Origin: a phage
Assembly (NCBI GenBank): GCA_025823825.1
Contig: GCA_025823825.1_4720.1
Direction: 5' to 3' (one strand)
Length of the DNA stretch: 64,000 nt
Part shown: one piece after another, positions 27,205-37,145 of the stretch
Layout: every line of letters begins with the position of its first letter
How positions within the stretch are numbered: the first letter of the stretch is position 1
Made by a program: the position numbers and the translations under genes
Notes under the pieces: model-generated
What the model saw: only the letters and a program-made list of their open reading frames with translations
Database searches by the model: none
Told to the model about the DNA's origin: nothing

Positions 27205-29802
27205 TTATAACGTGACTGTACCTAATTTGGTTGTCTTATTGAGATTAATGACAGAGATCTGGGTATCGCTGGTCGTAATCGTTCCGATATTAACGCGCTG
27301 TCCTTTATCATCTTCTTGCTTGTAGATGGTTAACTCCAGTTCTAACTGGTCGCCATTAGGAACAACGGAAACGTACCATGTTTTATTACCTGGTGAACTA
27401 TTATAGTCTTTTAGGTTATAATGGCCTTTAGGTAAGGTCATGGCCTTACCGGCAAACAAACATGAAATGTCCTCGTTGATATAAACGTCGAAACCGGAAG
27501 AAGCGATGACTGTTGAGGCCATTATTCGAGACGCGACGATACCACGATTATAGTCGTCGATTGTGGTACCTATGACATTGAATACTTGCCCCCCGTTACC
27601 CATAATGGTCGATTCGCTAGTGTTTACGTAGCCGATACCCCAAGTCGGATGAATGTTCCAGCGGTACCCACTGTTTTGTAAATACGTATACAAGTCTTCA
27701 TAGGCCGCATTCACCCAACTACCATCACTTTTTCGTCCAGCCCTAAATTGGAATGTGTTGCTATTTCCAGATGTTCCTCGGCCAAGAGGGACATGTCCCG
27801 CCACCAACCAACCATCTGTACTTTGCATATACGCGAACGAACCGTACGCTCTGTTATCGGCCCAAATATTCACGGTATCAACACGTTCAACGTAGGCGAT
27901 CACCTTTTGTACGCCGGTTATAGCGATTGAACCCTTGCGTGCCGACACATTAACTTCAGCAATTACGACACCCATTTTCCGCTGGCTGCTGTTAAATCCC
28001 AATACGACCATTAAACACGGTGCGTTTGTTGTTTCTGGAGGAATCGTTATCGATTGTTTCCAGTCGGTGATTCCGCTGAGTTTCGTTCCAGTATATGCGT
28101 TCCAGACGGTTTGTCCAGCCGATTTCAGATTCTGTTCAGAAATAGAAATGGCCTCGCCCTCAGGGATTAACGTGTCGTAATTGAGACCAATGTTGCTGGA
28201 TAGACGAAGGTCGTTTAAGTAAGATCCGCTGAGTGTGACGTTACCGTTACGATAAATTGTCAAGAATGGCGCAGCCAGGGAGTTTAATACCGTAAAGTTA
28301 CTCGATGGCATGAAACCATAGACATCGATGCCATTACCGTGGTAATGGTAGTTTGTCCAACTACCTTGATAACTTACGGTACGTGCATCGTAGTGGCCTT
28401 GTCCAAGACCGCTGCTGGATAACGTGTATATCTTGGTTGCTGATAGAAATGCGAGATATCCATGCGCTGCCAGAGCTCCAACTACCCTGTCTTTTATCTT
28501 TAACCAAGCTGAAGTATATAACGTACTGTCGGGATTCATTTTGGCTATTTCATCGTAAGCCGTGCCTGCGAAGTTTCCGATAGTGTACGTACGTATATCC
28601 GGCTGTCCGTTATTGTCGTTTTGTACAGCAATTACTTGCCCAGAATCATTGATATCGATATTACCGATACAGTTGTGAGCCCCCCACACCCAATATCCAT
28701 CTTTATAATTGGATTCTCCTTGTGTAAATGTCGACGGTCCTCGCCACGCGATGCCGTTCGATTCGGCGTAGTATGTAGCTTGTCCCGATCCTGGATTCAT
28801 GGCGTATCTGTTATTGGTCGGGTCAAAATCGATGTAAAAATGATGCATTCCTTGACGTTGACGGTTGTCCCGATCATTTGTCCACCACGACGAACCGACC
28901 AGAATTCGCGCTTTACCATTTTTTACAGTGGACCATAAACGTATTGCGGCGCGCCAGACGATTTGACCGATCCCGTTGGACGGGAAACTATTCGCACTGA
29001 TGCTGTTGCAGACAACGAGCTCGCTGCTGTTGTTTATTTGAGTCCCTTCAATTGTAACGCCGTTTATGTTAGTAATCAGTGTTGCCGATACGCTACCCCC
29101 TGTAGGGGCGATAGAGGAACGTTGAACGGTGTAAATTTTTAGTGATAATTTATAGCCGCTCCGAATAGCTATACCAATGTAAATAGTTCCGTTAATTTCC
29201 CAACAACAAACATCGGGCATTGTTTCTTTGAAATCGGATAAAGCACCGTCGATATACATCGCAACGTGTTTGCTGGCGTCGAATGTGCCGTCCGTTAACG
29301 CGATGAACATTTTGGCATTATTACCGTTGATATCAGCCGCTAATCCGAGTAGTATGTTGTTCTGATGACAGTAAATGGCTTTAGGCGCTAGATCCAACAT
29401 AGCTGGTTGGTACTGTCGGCTTGTTGGTATTACGCTAGTAACTGCGCCATTTTGATCCGTTTTACAAATAACGTAATATACACCGTGTATGATGCTGTTT
29501 GTCGCTGACCTCAGTAGGACGATCGTCCCGTCAGATTCACGACATATACCGTAATGGCGATAGTCGGTGATTAAACCGATAGCGCCATCGGCCGAACCTT
29601 CGATTGCCAGAGGAAAATAACTTTGGTCCCCAACCTGTTCGATATCGGTTACGCCAATATCGATGTATTTTTCCATCTCGGTGTTGAACTCAGCGGTACT
29701 GTAGGCACCGAGATCGCTCGCCTTTAGTCCCGTTGGGTTGTCACGACTGGCGATACGTGTAGTAACGCTACTCACCAGTTCGCTGAACTTTTTCATTGCC
29801 AT
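27205..29802 (-). CDS. large tail fibre or tail spike candidate (865 aa)
   Basis: Sits in the tail-fibre block; N-terminal ...RDNPTGLKASDLGAY... is related to the NP..VT.AQ motif of neighbouring fibre genes. Confidence 0.45.
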   Translation of the reverse strand: MAMKKFSELVSSVTTRIASRDNPTGLKASDLGAYSTAEFNTEMEKYIDIGVTDIEQVGDQSYFPLAIEGSADGAIGLITDYRHYGICRESDGTIVLLRSATNSIIHGVYYVICKTDQNGAVTSVIPTSRQYQPAMLDLAPKAIYCHQNNILLGLAADINGNNAKMFIALTDGTFDASKHVAMYIDGALSDFKETMPDVCCWEINGTIYIGIAIRSGYKLSLKIYTVQRSSIAPTGGSVSATLITNINGVTIEGTQINNSSELVVCNSISANSFPSNGIGQIVWRAAIRLWSTVKNGKARILVGSSWWTNDRDNRQRQGMHHFYIDFDPTNNRYAMNPGSGQATYYAESNGIAWRGPSTFTQGESNYKDGYWVWGAHNCIGNIDINDSGQVIAVQNDNNGQPDIRTYTIGNFAGTAYDEIAKMNPDSTLYTSAWLKIKDRVVGALAAHGYLAFLSATKIYTLSSSGLGQGHYDARTVSYQGSWTNYHYHGNGIDVYGFMPSSNFTVLNSLAAPFLTIYRNGNVTLSGSYLNDLRLSSNIGLNYDTLIPEGEAISISEQNLKSAGQTVWNAYTGTKLSGITDWKQSITIPPETTNAPCLMVVLGFNSSQRKMGVVIAEVNVSARKGSIAITGVQKVIAYVERVDTVNIWADNRAYGSFAYMQSTDGWLVAGHVPLGRGTSGNSNTFQFRAGRKSDGSWVNAAYEDLYTYLQNSGYRWNIHPTWGIGYVNTSESTIMGNGGQVFNVIGTTIDDYNRGIVASRIMASTVIASSGFDVYINEDISCLFAGKAMTLPKGHYNLKDYNSSPGNKTWYVSVVPNGDQLELELTIYKQEDDKGQRVNIGTITTSDTQISVINLNKTTKLGTVTL

Positions 29803-29814
29803 TATTCACCTCGA

Positions 29815-30300
29815 TTAAATAGGCGAGTCGGGTAGCTGACCATCATCGATCTCGATGGTGGCCACCTTACGTGTTGCAGCAAGATGTGATGTACCCTGGA
29901 TTTTGTTCCAGGTGCCGATACGCATGGCGTTTTTGTAGCTGCTATCGCTATCGTTCAGCGTGTAAACAAAACCGCTATCGGTTACGGCAAGATAGATCCA
30001 GCCTACAGACTCACTGATGCCTGACACGTCCAAAGTTGCTGCTGGCACCGTCCCTACCACCGTGTTGTATTCCGCTGTACCTTGACCAATGCTGATCCGT
30101 CCGTTGCTGTAACTGGCTGCTGGAAGCGTTTTATTTCGACTGAAGAAAAGAAACGGAAGGTAACGCTGGGTAACAAGCGGTGCAAGTTTAGGAGCCACTT
30201 CGGTCTTAACGTAGACATCTGTTTGTGCTGGCGTTACCTCGTGAGGGTTCTTTTGGGTAAGATACGTCCCCCATTCAGAAAGCAGTGTTGATAGCTTCAT
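29815..30300 (-). CDS. small tail-fibre-related protein (161 aa)
   Basis: N-terminal ...QKNPHEVTPAQTDVY... shares the fibre repeat motif. Confidence 0.5.
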   Translation of the reverse strand: MKLSTLLSEWGTYLTQKNPHEVTPAQTDVYVKTEVAPKLAPLVTQRYLPFLFFSRNKTLPAASYSNGRISIGQGTAEYNTVVGTVPAATLDVSGISESVGWIYLAVTDSGFVYTLNDSDSSYKNAMRIGTWNKIQGTSHLAATRKVATIEIDDGQLPDSPI

Positions 30301-30304
30301 GCGG

Positions 30305-30820
30305 TTACCCCATGTAACGTTTTTGGCCGAGGATGAAGACTTTGTTAAATACCACCGAAGTGATTCCTGTTGCGTTACAGCTCACCTGCCCGACGCGAAT
30401 TGCTGTTGACGTATCGACCCCAGCACTACTCTGCCAGATCCAATCGATCGATCCGTCTTTCTGACGAATGAAAAGATAACCGGTTTTGTTCGCCCAGTCG
30501 GAAGTAAGTTTTTTGATGTCTAGCGTTCCCTTCGCCAGAATATAGTCGGTACCGGCGATCATGACGGGTATTTCAGGATACGAGATTACCGTACCGCTGG
30601 CAGTAACGTTGCTGATGCGTTCGCTACGAATATCGGTACAGTCACCGAAATACGCTACGGGGAGTATCCCCTTAAGGAGCTTTTTGCCGATTCTCGTATC
30701 GATCGTGTTTTTATCGGGTGCGTCGATTTGCGCTGCGGTGACTTGGTTAGGGTTATCCTTCCTTGCGTACCATGTCGTCATGCGAGCACCCAATTCACTC
30801 ATTTTTGTGCCCATTTTCAC
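30305..30820 (-). CDS. small tail-fibre-related protein (171 aa)
   Basis: N-terminal ...RKDNPNQVTAAQIDAP... shares the fibre repeat motif. Confidence 0.5.
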   Translation of the reverse strand: MKMGTKMSELGARMTTWYARKDNPNQVTAAQIDAPDKNTIDTRIGKKLLKGILPVAYFGDCTDIRSERISNVTASGTVISYPEIPVMIAGTDYILAKGTLDIKKLTSDWANKTGYLFIRQKDGSIDWIWQSSAGVDTSTAIRVGQVSCNATGITSVVFNKVFILGQKRYMG

Positions 30821-30871
30821 ATCCTATCGAAAAATAAAAAGAAGGAAAGGTGGGTAGAACCCACCCATCCG

Positions 30872-33025
30872 TTATAACGTTTCGAAGTCGGTTGCTTTGA
30901 TAACCGCGTTGAAGTTGGCAAGGAATTCCTTAAGCAGTGCTTGGAAGACATCACGAAACGCTGTGTTCGTCTGCAAGCTGGTTAAATAATCGTTCTTAAG
31001 GTAATCGCTCAGCTTACCGATCTTCTGCATCTTCTCGCCGTCTTGGTTCTCTCCAGGTTCTTGGCTGTTGATGTTAACCCATTTGATCCCTTCGAGATCG
31101 CCATCGGCAAGGAAGTTGGCGGGTGTCTCATCGTCGTTCAGGATTTTAATCGTATCACTGGATTCAATGCCACCGTAAGCTTCCAGAAGCTGGTTGACTG
31201 TTAGCTTATTGGTGTTGATTGAACCATTGACACCATCGATACCGATGCCTGCACCTGTGATGGATGTCGCCGAAAGATCGATCGGTCCGGTTAACTTACC
31301 ACCGTTGATCGGTAACGCACCAACTTGCTCAGCGGTGTGTGTGTGGCCAGCTAACGCCGCAAACGCCACGATAGACTTATACGTCGAATACGGCGTCATA
31401 TACGCTGATTGGTTGGTGTTGTCAGCCGCTTCAGTATCGGTAGCAACATTAAAGTTCTGCACGTTGCTGAGACCGACCTGCACCTTCGTTACTTCATGCG
31501 GGTTGCTCTTATTGACAACGTGTGCTGCAAAACCATCACCAGCTAAAGCAGTGATTGCCGCTTTTGTCGCAGCCGGTGTCATATAGCGGTTGGTTGCTTC
31601 ACCCGTTTGCGCCTCTTCGTCGGAAGCAACAGGATAGTTCTCAACGCTTCCCAAACCGACCTGAGATTTTGTTACTTGGTGTGGGTTTTCGGTATTCGCA
31701 ATATGACTACTGAACCCTTGACCCGCCAGTTGCTCGATTGCGTAACGAACAAGTATTGGTGTCATGTACTTGTTGTTAACTTGACCATCGATAGCTTCTT
31801 GGGTGGTGGCAACCCCGAAGTTTTGCACGCTCCCCAACCCAACTTGCGCTTTCGTAACAGCGTGGGGGTTATTGGTGTTACCGATGTGATCGGTAACCGT
31901 TGGGGTGATTAATCCTGCGATAGCGGCTGCCGTGGTCGCAGGGGTCATGTATTTATCGTTAGCAACACCCGCAGCAGCTTCTACGTTAGATGCTACACCG
32001 TAGTTCAATACATTTCCTAACCCAACCTGAGCCTTGGTTACCCCATGTGGGTTATTGGTGTTGCCGGTATGGGTTGTCAACGTAGCGTTAACGTTATCGA
32101 TACGCGTGCTTAAGCCATCGGTGATTGCTTTGATTGCGGCTCGTACGCCCGCTGGTGTTGTGTACAGATTTGTGGCCGTACCGGTAATGGTTGTATTACT
32201 ATCAGCTACACCGTAGTTCTCAACGTTTCCGAGTCCCACCTGGGCTTTCGTTACCTTGTGTGGGTTGTTGTAGTTGCTGATGTGCGCAGCAGCACTATCA
32301 CCACTCAGGTTAGCGATCATCTTACGCGTCATCGCCAACGTCATGTACAGATTTTCACCGATGGTTTCCAGATCGCTCTCGGTCGCCGTTGTGAAGTTCT
32401 GAACATTCCCCAATCCAACTTGAGCCTTGGTTACCCCGTGGGGGTTATCGCGACGATTCTCGTGCTGCAGCAATGCGGTCATTGCTTTATTGAACCCTTC
32501 TTCAAGCGGTTCTTTCAATGATTCGATTGCCGCCACCACATCGTCCCACGTCATTGTGTCGGTTTCGACATTATGTTGGTGGTTGATTGGTGGGAATACG
32601 GAAGGAACGTCGGCAACCTTTTCCCAGAACGTAACGCGGGGATCGTAAAGGTTGTTGGCTAAAACGTTAAGAATTTGTTGTTGATCAAGTGTAAACTCAC
32701 CCCCCAGTGAATAGTAGTTCAGTTGCAACTGTCCACTGAATGCGGTGTCCAACAGCATGATGGAACCGTATAATTCCAGGCCGGTCAGCGCAGCCATGGC
32801 ACGGAAGGGGTGAGTGCATAAAAAGTCAACGCCTTCTTCCAGATACGCGTTTGTTTCATGGTTGTAGATCTTTAACCCATTACGGAAATATGGCGCGTAT
32901 TTAGGAACGAGAAAGTTAAATCCGGTCCCCGTGGAAGGACGGACAGTGACGAGTTCTTCTGGAACCCATGCGCCATCCAAATTCCCCTGCGGGTTATACG
33001 GAAGGCGTTTAATTTCATCTGTCAT
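30872..33025 (-). CDS. tail fibre protein with about 7 tandem repeats (717 aa)
   Basis: Repeats NPH[GA]VTKAQVGLGNV.NF/Y...A.AG..N.YMTP; C-terminal HTHTAEQVG. Confidence 0.7.
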   Translation of the reverse strand: MTDEIKRLPYNPQGNLDGAWVPEELVTVRPSTGTGFNFLVPKYAPYFRNGLKIYNHETNAYLEEGVDFLCTHPFRAMAALTGLELYGSIMLLDTAFSGQLQLNYYSLGGEFTLDQQQILNVLANNLYDPRVTFWEKVADVPSVFPPINHQHNVETDTMTWDDVVAAIESLKEPLEEGFNKAMTALLQHENRRDNPHGVTKAQVGLGNVQNFTTATESDLETIGENLYMTLAMTRKMIANLSGDSAAAHISNYNNPHKVTKAQVGLGNVENYGVADSNTTITGTATNLYTTPAGVRAAIKAITDGLSTRIDNVNATLTTHTGNTNNPHGVTKAQVGLGNVLNYGVASNVEAAAGVANDKYMTPATTAAAIAGLITPTVTDHIGNTNNPHAVTKAQVGLGSVQNFGVATTQEAIDGQVNNKYMTPILVRYAIEQLAGQGFSSHIANTENPHQVTKSQVGLGSVENYPVASDEEAQTGEATNRYMTPAATKAAITALAGDGFAAHVVNKSNPHEVTKVQVGLSNVQNFNVATDTEAADNTNQSAYMTPYSTYKSIVAFAALAGHTHTAEQVGALPINGGKLTGPIDLSATSITGAGIGIDGVNGSINTNKLTVNQLLEAYGGIESSDTIKILNDDETPANFLADGDLEGIKWVNINSQEPGENQDGEKMQKIGKLSDYLKNDYLTSLQTNTAFRDVFQALLKEFLANFNAVIKATDFETL

Positions 33026-33056
33026 GATGCGCCCTTTACAAGTTGTTAGTAAGTAT

Positions 33057-33075
33057 GGGATACCCTGGGGTATCC
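33057..33075. promoter_or_regulatory. palindrome GGGATACC-CTG-GGTATCC in divergent intergenic region
   Basis: Between the divergent starts 33025 (-) and 33130 (+); AAATATTACT lies 30 nt upstream of the plus-strand ATG. Confidence 0.45.
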
Positions 33076-33129
33076 TGTGTTAACAGCGGTAAAATATTAC
33101 TGTAACTATAAAATAAGGGGGCCTCTCCC

Positions 33130-34410
33130 ATGTATACATTGGTAAAAACTTACGGGTTACCCGTAGGTTCTGGCACGGCCTGGACAGCGCTTGAGGCGGG
33201 TGAAAGTGTCCTGAGTACGTTGTTCTCAACGTATCAAAAACTCAAGATCCAGGTCCACGAAAGCTATGCTGACCAGCAACAAGTTATTGATCTGTACACA
33301 TTTCAATCCGAGCTTCAAAACAGCAGCGATACGCTCAATGCGTGGTTGAAAGCGAAATCGGATGCGCATACCAACCTTCGTGGACAGCCCGGCGAGCTGT
33401 CGATTAAAACCCACAAGCTTTATTGTCACGACGCTATTACTGTAGGCTTTCTCCCTAAAGTCGGTAATAGTGGCTATCATCCGAGCAACGCGATCCCTGA
33501 GTCGGAACGCACTGATATCCTGTTGACGAAAGCGAATACGAATTACGAAAATATCGGCAAACACTGCTTGTTCACCGTAGGCGGTTATGTTCATCCTCAT
33601 GTTTACGGTAAAGACGTTGGTGTCTATATCCAGGGCGGGTTCAAGACGGCACAGCGCGGCCAAGAAAACGATATCGGCATGATTGATTTTAGCCGTATCG
33701 GGAGTTTGGAAATTCATGCTATCACAGAAGAGATGATTGCTGATTCCACGAAGCTCTTGCCGTATAAGGACGAGATGTATTTACGGCTACCGCGCAAGGT
33801 CGCCGAAGATGAAACCGTCGCGCTGGTGTTCGGGGGATATTTACATCTTCTTGACGATTGTTACACGATCGTTAGCGACACGACGGCGAAAATAAACTGC
33901 ATTAACATGTTTCTCTATGAACGATACTTCCGTTCCCGTAAATACCTTGATCTAACATCTCTTGGTATTCTGTTGAACGAAGAAGACCCACAGTCCGACA
34001 TTGTTGCCAATCGTTTATTGTCCGATAAAGCATTAAAAGCGTGGGTGACGCATCCTTGCAGTTTCTGGGTGTATATCAAAGCAACATCAATTCAGGTTAC
34101 GCAAGAACCTTTACCACGAAGTGGTGTACCAGGACAATATTTCTTAGGTAAGAAACCGGAAGGATTGATTCGAGCCGATCTTGGTGAGTTACCGGCTTAC
34201 GTGCAGACCTATGAAAAACCGTTATGGGTACTTCACTCGCGCTGGGGACTTCGTAAGAATATGTTGTTTGAAAATACGTTGTACAAACATACCCGCGTTA
34301 AGCGACTTAACGATACGCCTTATCTTCACCAGGTTTGGTTGGAAACGCATGCAACGTTGCAGACAGTACACAAGCTCGAATTGATCGATTCCAGTCAGAA
34401 AAACAAATAA
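33130..34410 (+). CDS. hypothetical protein (426 aa)
   Basis: Track ORF; AAGGGGG upstream; the only plus-strand gene in this block. Confidence 0.6.
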   Translation: MYTLVKTYGLPVGSGTAWTALEAGESVLSTLFSTYQKLKIQVHESYADQQQVIDLYTFQSELQNSSDTLNAWLKAKSDAHTNLRGQPGELSIKTHKLYCHDAITVGFLPKVGNSGYHPSNAIPESERTDILLTKANTNYENIGKHCLFTVGGYVHPHVYGKDVGVYIQGGFKTAQRGQENDIGMIDFSRIGSLEIHAITEEMIADSTKLLPYKDEMYLRLPRKVAEDETVALVFGGYLHLLDDCYTIVSDTTAKINCINMFLYERYFRSRKYLDLTSLGILLNEEDPQSDIVANRLLSDKALKAWVTHPCSFWVYIKATSIQVTQEPLPRSGVPGQYFLGKKPEGLIRADLGELPAYVQTYEKPLWVLHSRWGLRKNMLFENTLYKHTRVKRLNDTPYLHQVWLETHATLQTVHKLELIDSSQKNK

Positions 34411-34420
34411 CCAAACATAA

Positions 34421-34452
34421 CCCTCCTCCAACCCATCAGGGAAGGAGGAGGG
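34421..34452. terminator. conserved CCTCC/GGAGG hairpin element (family member 5)
   Basis: CCCTCCTCC-AACCC-ATCA-GGGAA-GGAGGAGGG; flanks CATAA ... AATATG. Confidence 0.65.
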
Positions 34453-34461
34453 AATATGCTG

Positions 34462-35367
34462 TTATGCTACATATAACGTTAGATAACCGTCGATGAGCGT
34501 ATTCATCACACTGAGTTGAAGTACGACAGCTTTACTAACATCCGTACGTACACCAAACGGGAGTGTTTTGAATTGCTCTGGATCGGCTATTACTTTCGCG
34601 TTCTGCAAGTTGAGTGGTCCAGGCATTGACGACAATACCCAGCGATCGTTGACCATAAGGCCGTCGATCTCTTCAGAGAGACCCAATTGCAGTGCGTTCA
34701 TTTCTGCGATTAGTGCCTCCGATTGCGTATCACCTGAGGTTAACGTATACCCATCGGTAAGTGACGCCAGAACACCAGCAGATACGAACCAGTTGTACGA
34801 AACAATAGCGCCTGGGAGTTTACTGCTATCTCGATCGATGATATAATTCAACCCAGCCAACATATTGTTGCGAACGAGGTTGTTGAGGTCGTTATGTCCT
34901 GAAGTTAACTCAACAAGTAATTGACCAACCCATACTTGGTTACCGGGTTTAGGTGTTATCGCAACCTGTATCGGTGACCTGGACTTATCCAGATCCGCGT
35001 CGACAATCTCGGTTTTGTTGAGAAGGATACCGTACGTCGATGCTAAGACAGGTAGGATCTCAGAGACCTTGGTTAATGCATCTAAGGTTTCGATCTCGAT
35101 GGGCCAGTGGTGCTGTCCGCCAGACCAAGTACCCAGTTTACCAAGATCGATGCGGTTATAATAGATGTCGACAGAGTTCACCAGCCCTGAACCAGGTTGG
35201 GGATGCACGGTTAACTTGCTGTTACGCTTGTACCCTGTGCTTTCAGAAGCTTCACCGATAACCAGTTTATCCAGCGTTACGCCTCGAGCATCGAAATCGC
35301 TATGCTTTCGAATCAGCCGAAAGAGGATTTCTTTCGATTCTAACCCCAGGATTTCACTGTACTCCAT
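34462..35367 (-). CDS. paralogous virion-type protein, family member A (301 aa)
   Basis: Shares STYGI, RWVL, NLQNAKV and a C-terminal L..Y motif with 36284..37135 and 37146..38081. Confidence 0.6.
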   Translation of the reverse strand: MEYSEILGLESKEILFRLIRKHSDFDARGVTLDKLVIGEASESTGYKRNSKLTVHPQPGSGLVNSVDIYYNRIDLGKLGTWSGGQHHWPIEIETLDALTKVSEILPVLASTYGILLNKTEIVDADLDKSRSPIQVAITPKPGNQVWVGQLLVELTSGHNDLNNLVRNNMLAGLNYIIDRDSSKLPGAIVSYNWFVSAGVLASLTDGYTLTSGDTQSEALIAEMNALQLGLSEEIDGLMVNDRWVLSSMPGPLNLQNAKVIADPEQFKTLPFGVRTDVSKAVVLQLSVMNTLIDGYLTLYVA

Positions 35368-35382
35368 TTAACACCTCTTAGG

Positions 35383-36267
35383 TTACGGTAGGATTTCTGC
35401 GCCCGTCGGGCCTGCCTTACGAGCTTCCAACGCACCAAGGTCGTATTTCAGTGTCAGCGTATCGTTGGTGGTATAAAGGTTGTGGTAAGTCGAAATCAGA
35501 TCGGTAACCTGCGCGCCGACGATTTCGTTCATGTCGAAGGTAGAACCTTGACCATCATCAGCACGAACGATTTTATCGCCAGCAGAGACCATCCCAATTT
35601 CAGAAATAACCGCGTACTCTTCACCACCTTCTGTGAGTTTAGCCACATTGAGATATTCGTTAATATCCCATGGCGTCCAAACCAAAGAGACTTTACAGCT
35701 GTAGTCGTAGTACTCCCCGGTCGCTACCAGAATTCCGGTTGTTGGAATATCCGGTCGGGCGGGGTTGAGGTTCGCGTCGGTTGGATGCCATTCGATGGTC
35801 TGAGCGACGCCGTCGACGTATTTGGTATAACGCATGGAGCGGACAACGTTATCGAAATCGATGCGACGACCGTAATAACAGATATACTTTTTACCGCTTT
35901 CCAGTGTCTCAATACGACGTAACCCAAATTTAGCGCGTTCGTCTGTGGTTAAGTCGTTACCAACCTCACGCATTACGAAAGGTTTGATTTTCCACGGTGA
36001 AAGATCGCTTGCTTCGTGAGCGATCGGCATCGAGGAAGGGATACCGTTAGCGTTGCGGATGAATTCGTGACCCTGGTTGCCGATACAGAAGTAACGTACA
36101 GCAGGATTACCCTCGGGGTAAACCTTTGATTGAATCTGAAGCTTTTCATTCAAGGTGCTGTGTTCTTCCCACGCATGAGGAAGACCGAGCGTAAGGTTAG
36201 TTTGTACTTGACCGCCGATAATCGTACGGACGATACGATCGGTAGCACGGATTTGTGTAGAAGCCAT
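35383..36267 (-). CDS. hypothetical protein (294 aa) in the same operon
   Basis: Track ORF; no clear similarity to its neighbours. Confidence 0.6.
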   Translation of the reverse strand: MASTQIRATDRIVRTIIGGQVQTNLTLGLPHAWEEHSTLNEKLQIQSKVYPEGNPAVRYFCIGNQGHEFIRNANGIPSSMPIAHEASDLSPWKIKPFVMREVGNDLTTDERAKFGLRRIETLESGKKYICYYGRRIDFDNVVRSMRYTKYVDGVAQTIEWHPTDANLNPARPDIPTTGILVATGEYYDYSCKVSLVWTPWDINEYLNVAKLTEGGEEYAVISEIGMVSAGDKIVRADDGQGSTFDMNEIVGAQVTDLISTYHNLYTTNDTLTLKYDLGALEARKAGPTGAEILP

Positions 36268-36283
36268 GTCTTTTCCTATTTAA

Positions 36284-37135
36284 TCAGTTATATTGCATCA
36301 ACAGGATACCGCCGTAGTTCGTGCAGTAATCTTGGCTAAGCGTAACGATAACAGCGTTAGCGAACGCGGGGTTAACAGGATAACCCTGTGCGATAAGTTC
36401 TGTTGTTTTACCGGTTGCAAGCACGGTGGCTCCGTAAAGGTTGTTTTCGTCTTCACGGCCGTTATAAACCCACGGGGTTGGTGCAACGTTGTTGAATAAG
36501 CTAACCAATGCGCTTAAGTTACCACCAACTTTTAACCCAGCAAGATCGGAACGGATCGCTGTACAGTCTATAGCGTAACTGTAGACCAGTGCCTGGATAC
36601 GATTTGCGGTGTAGTACGGGAAATTGAGACCGGTCATCACCGTGGTCTTCATCATCCCCGCAATATCGTGGGCACTATCGAGAAGATAGAACGTAACGCT
36701 CCCCGTCCAAGCCAATCCGGTTGTTTTCAATTCTACGGTGTGTGGGAACGGATATTCATCGCCTCGTACAATCGGAGAATCGACGCAGCTATCCTGATCG
36801 ATAACGATACCGTACGTTGATTGAATCAGAGGGATAAGATCGTGTGTCGTTTTAACCCCGGCATCGATAGCAAGCTTCGGTTCCATCCCCAAGAAGAAGT
36901 CTTGAATAGGGATACGATCGTACCACACGTAGCTGCTTTCACGGTATTGTGCTGGTGTTACTGTTGCCGAAGGCGATACTTTCGCGCGGGTGTTCCGTTT
37001 ATACGCATGGTTTCCGTTTTCAGCAACATCCGTGATATCAAGTGCATCGAAGTTAAAGTCGAAGTCAGGATTGGCTGCCTGAATAAGTTCAGCGACCAGT
37101 ACTTTAGGACTTTTGTTTAACAATTTCTGACTCAT
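36284..37135 (-). CDS. paralogous virion-type protein, family member B (283 aa)
   Basis: Motifs QSTYGIVID, NLYGATV and LSQDYCTNYGGILLMQYN parallel members A and C. Confidence 0.6.
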   Translation of the reverse strand: MSQKLLNKSPKVLVAELIQAANPDFDFNFDALDITDVAENGNHAYKRNTRAKVSPSATVTPAQYRESSYVWYDRIPIQDFFLGMEPKLAIDAGVKTTHDLIPLIQSTYGIVIDQDSCVDSPIVRGDEYPFPHTVELKTTGLAWTGSVTFYLLDSAHDIAGMMKTTVMTGLNFPYYTANRIQALVYSYAIDCTAIRSDLAGLKVGGNLSALVSLFNNVAPTPWVYNGREDENNLYGATVLATGKTTELIAQGYPVNPAFANAVIVTLSQDYCTNYGGILLMQYN

Positions 37136-37145
37136 TGTTTATTCC

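Noticed and set aside
25143-33025. Possible CRISPR-like repeat array suggested by periodic DNA repeats
   Set aside because: The repeats are in-frame coding repeats of about 165 bp inside the tail-fibre genes, with no spacer structure and no cas genes.
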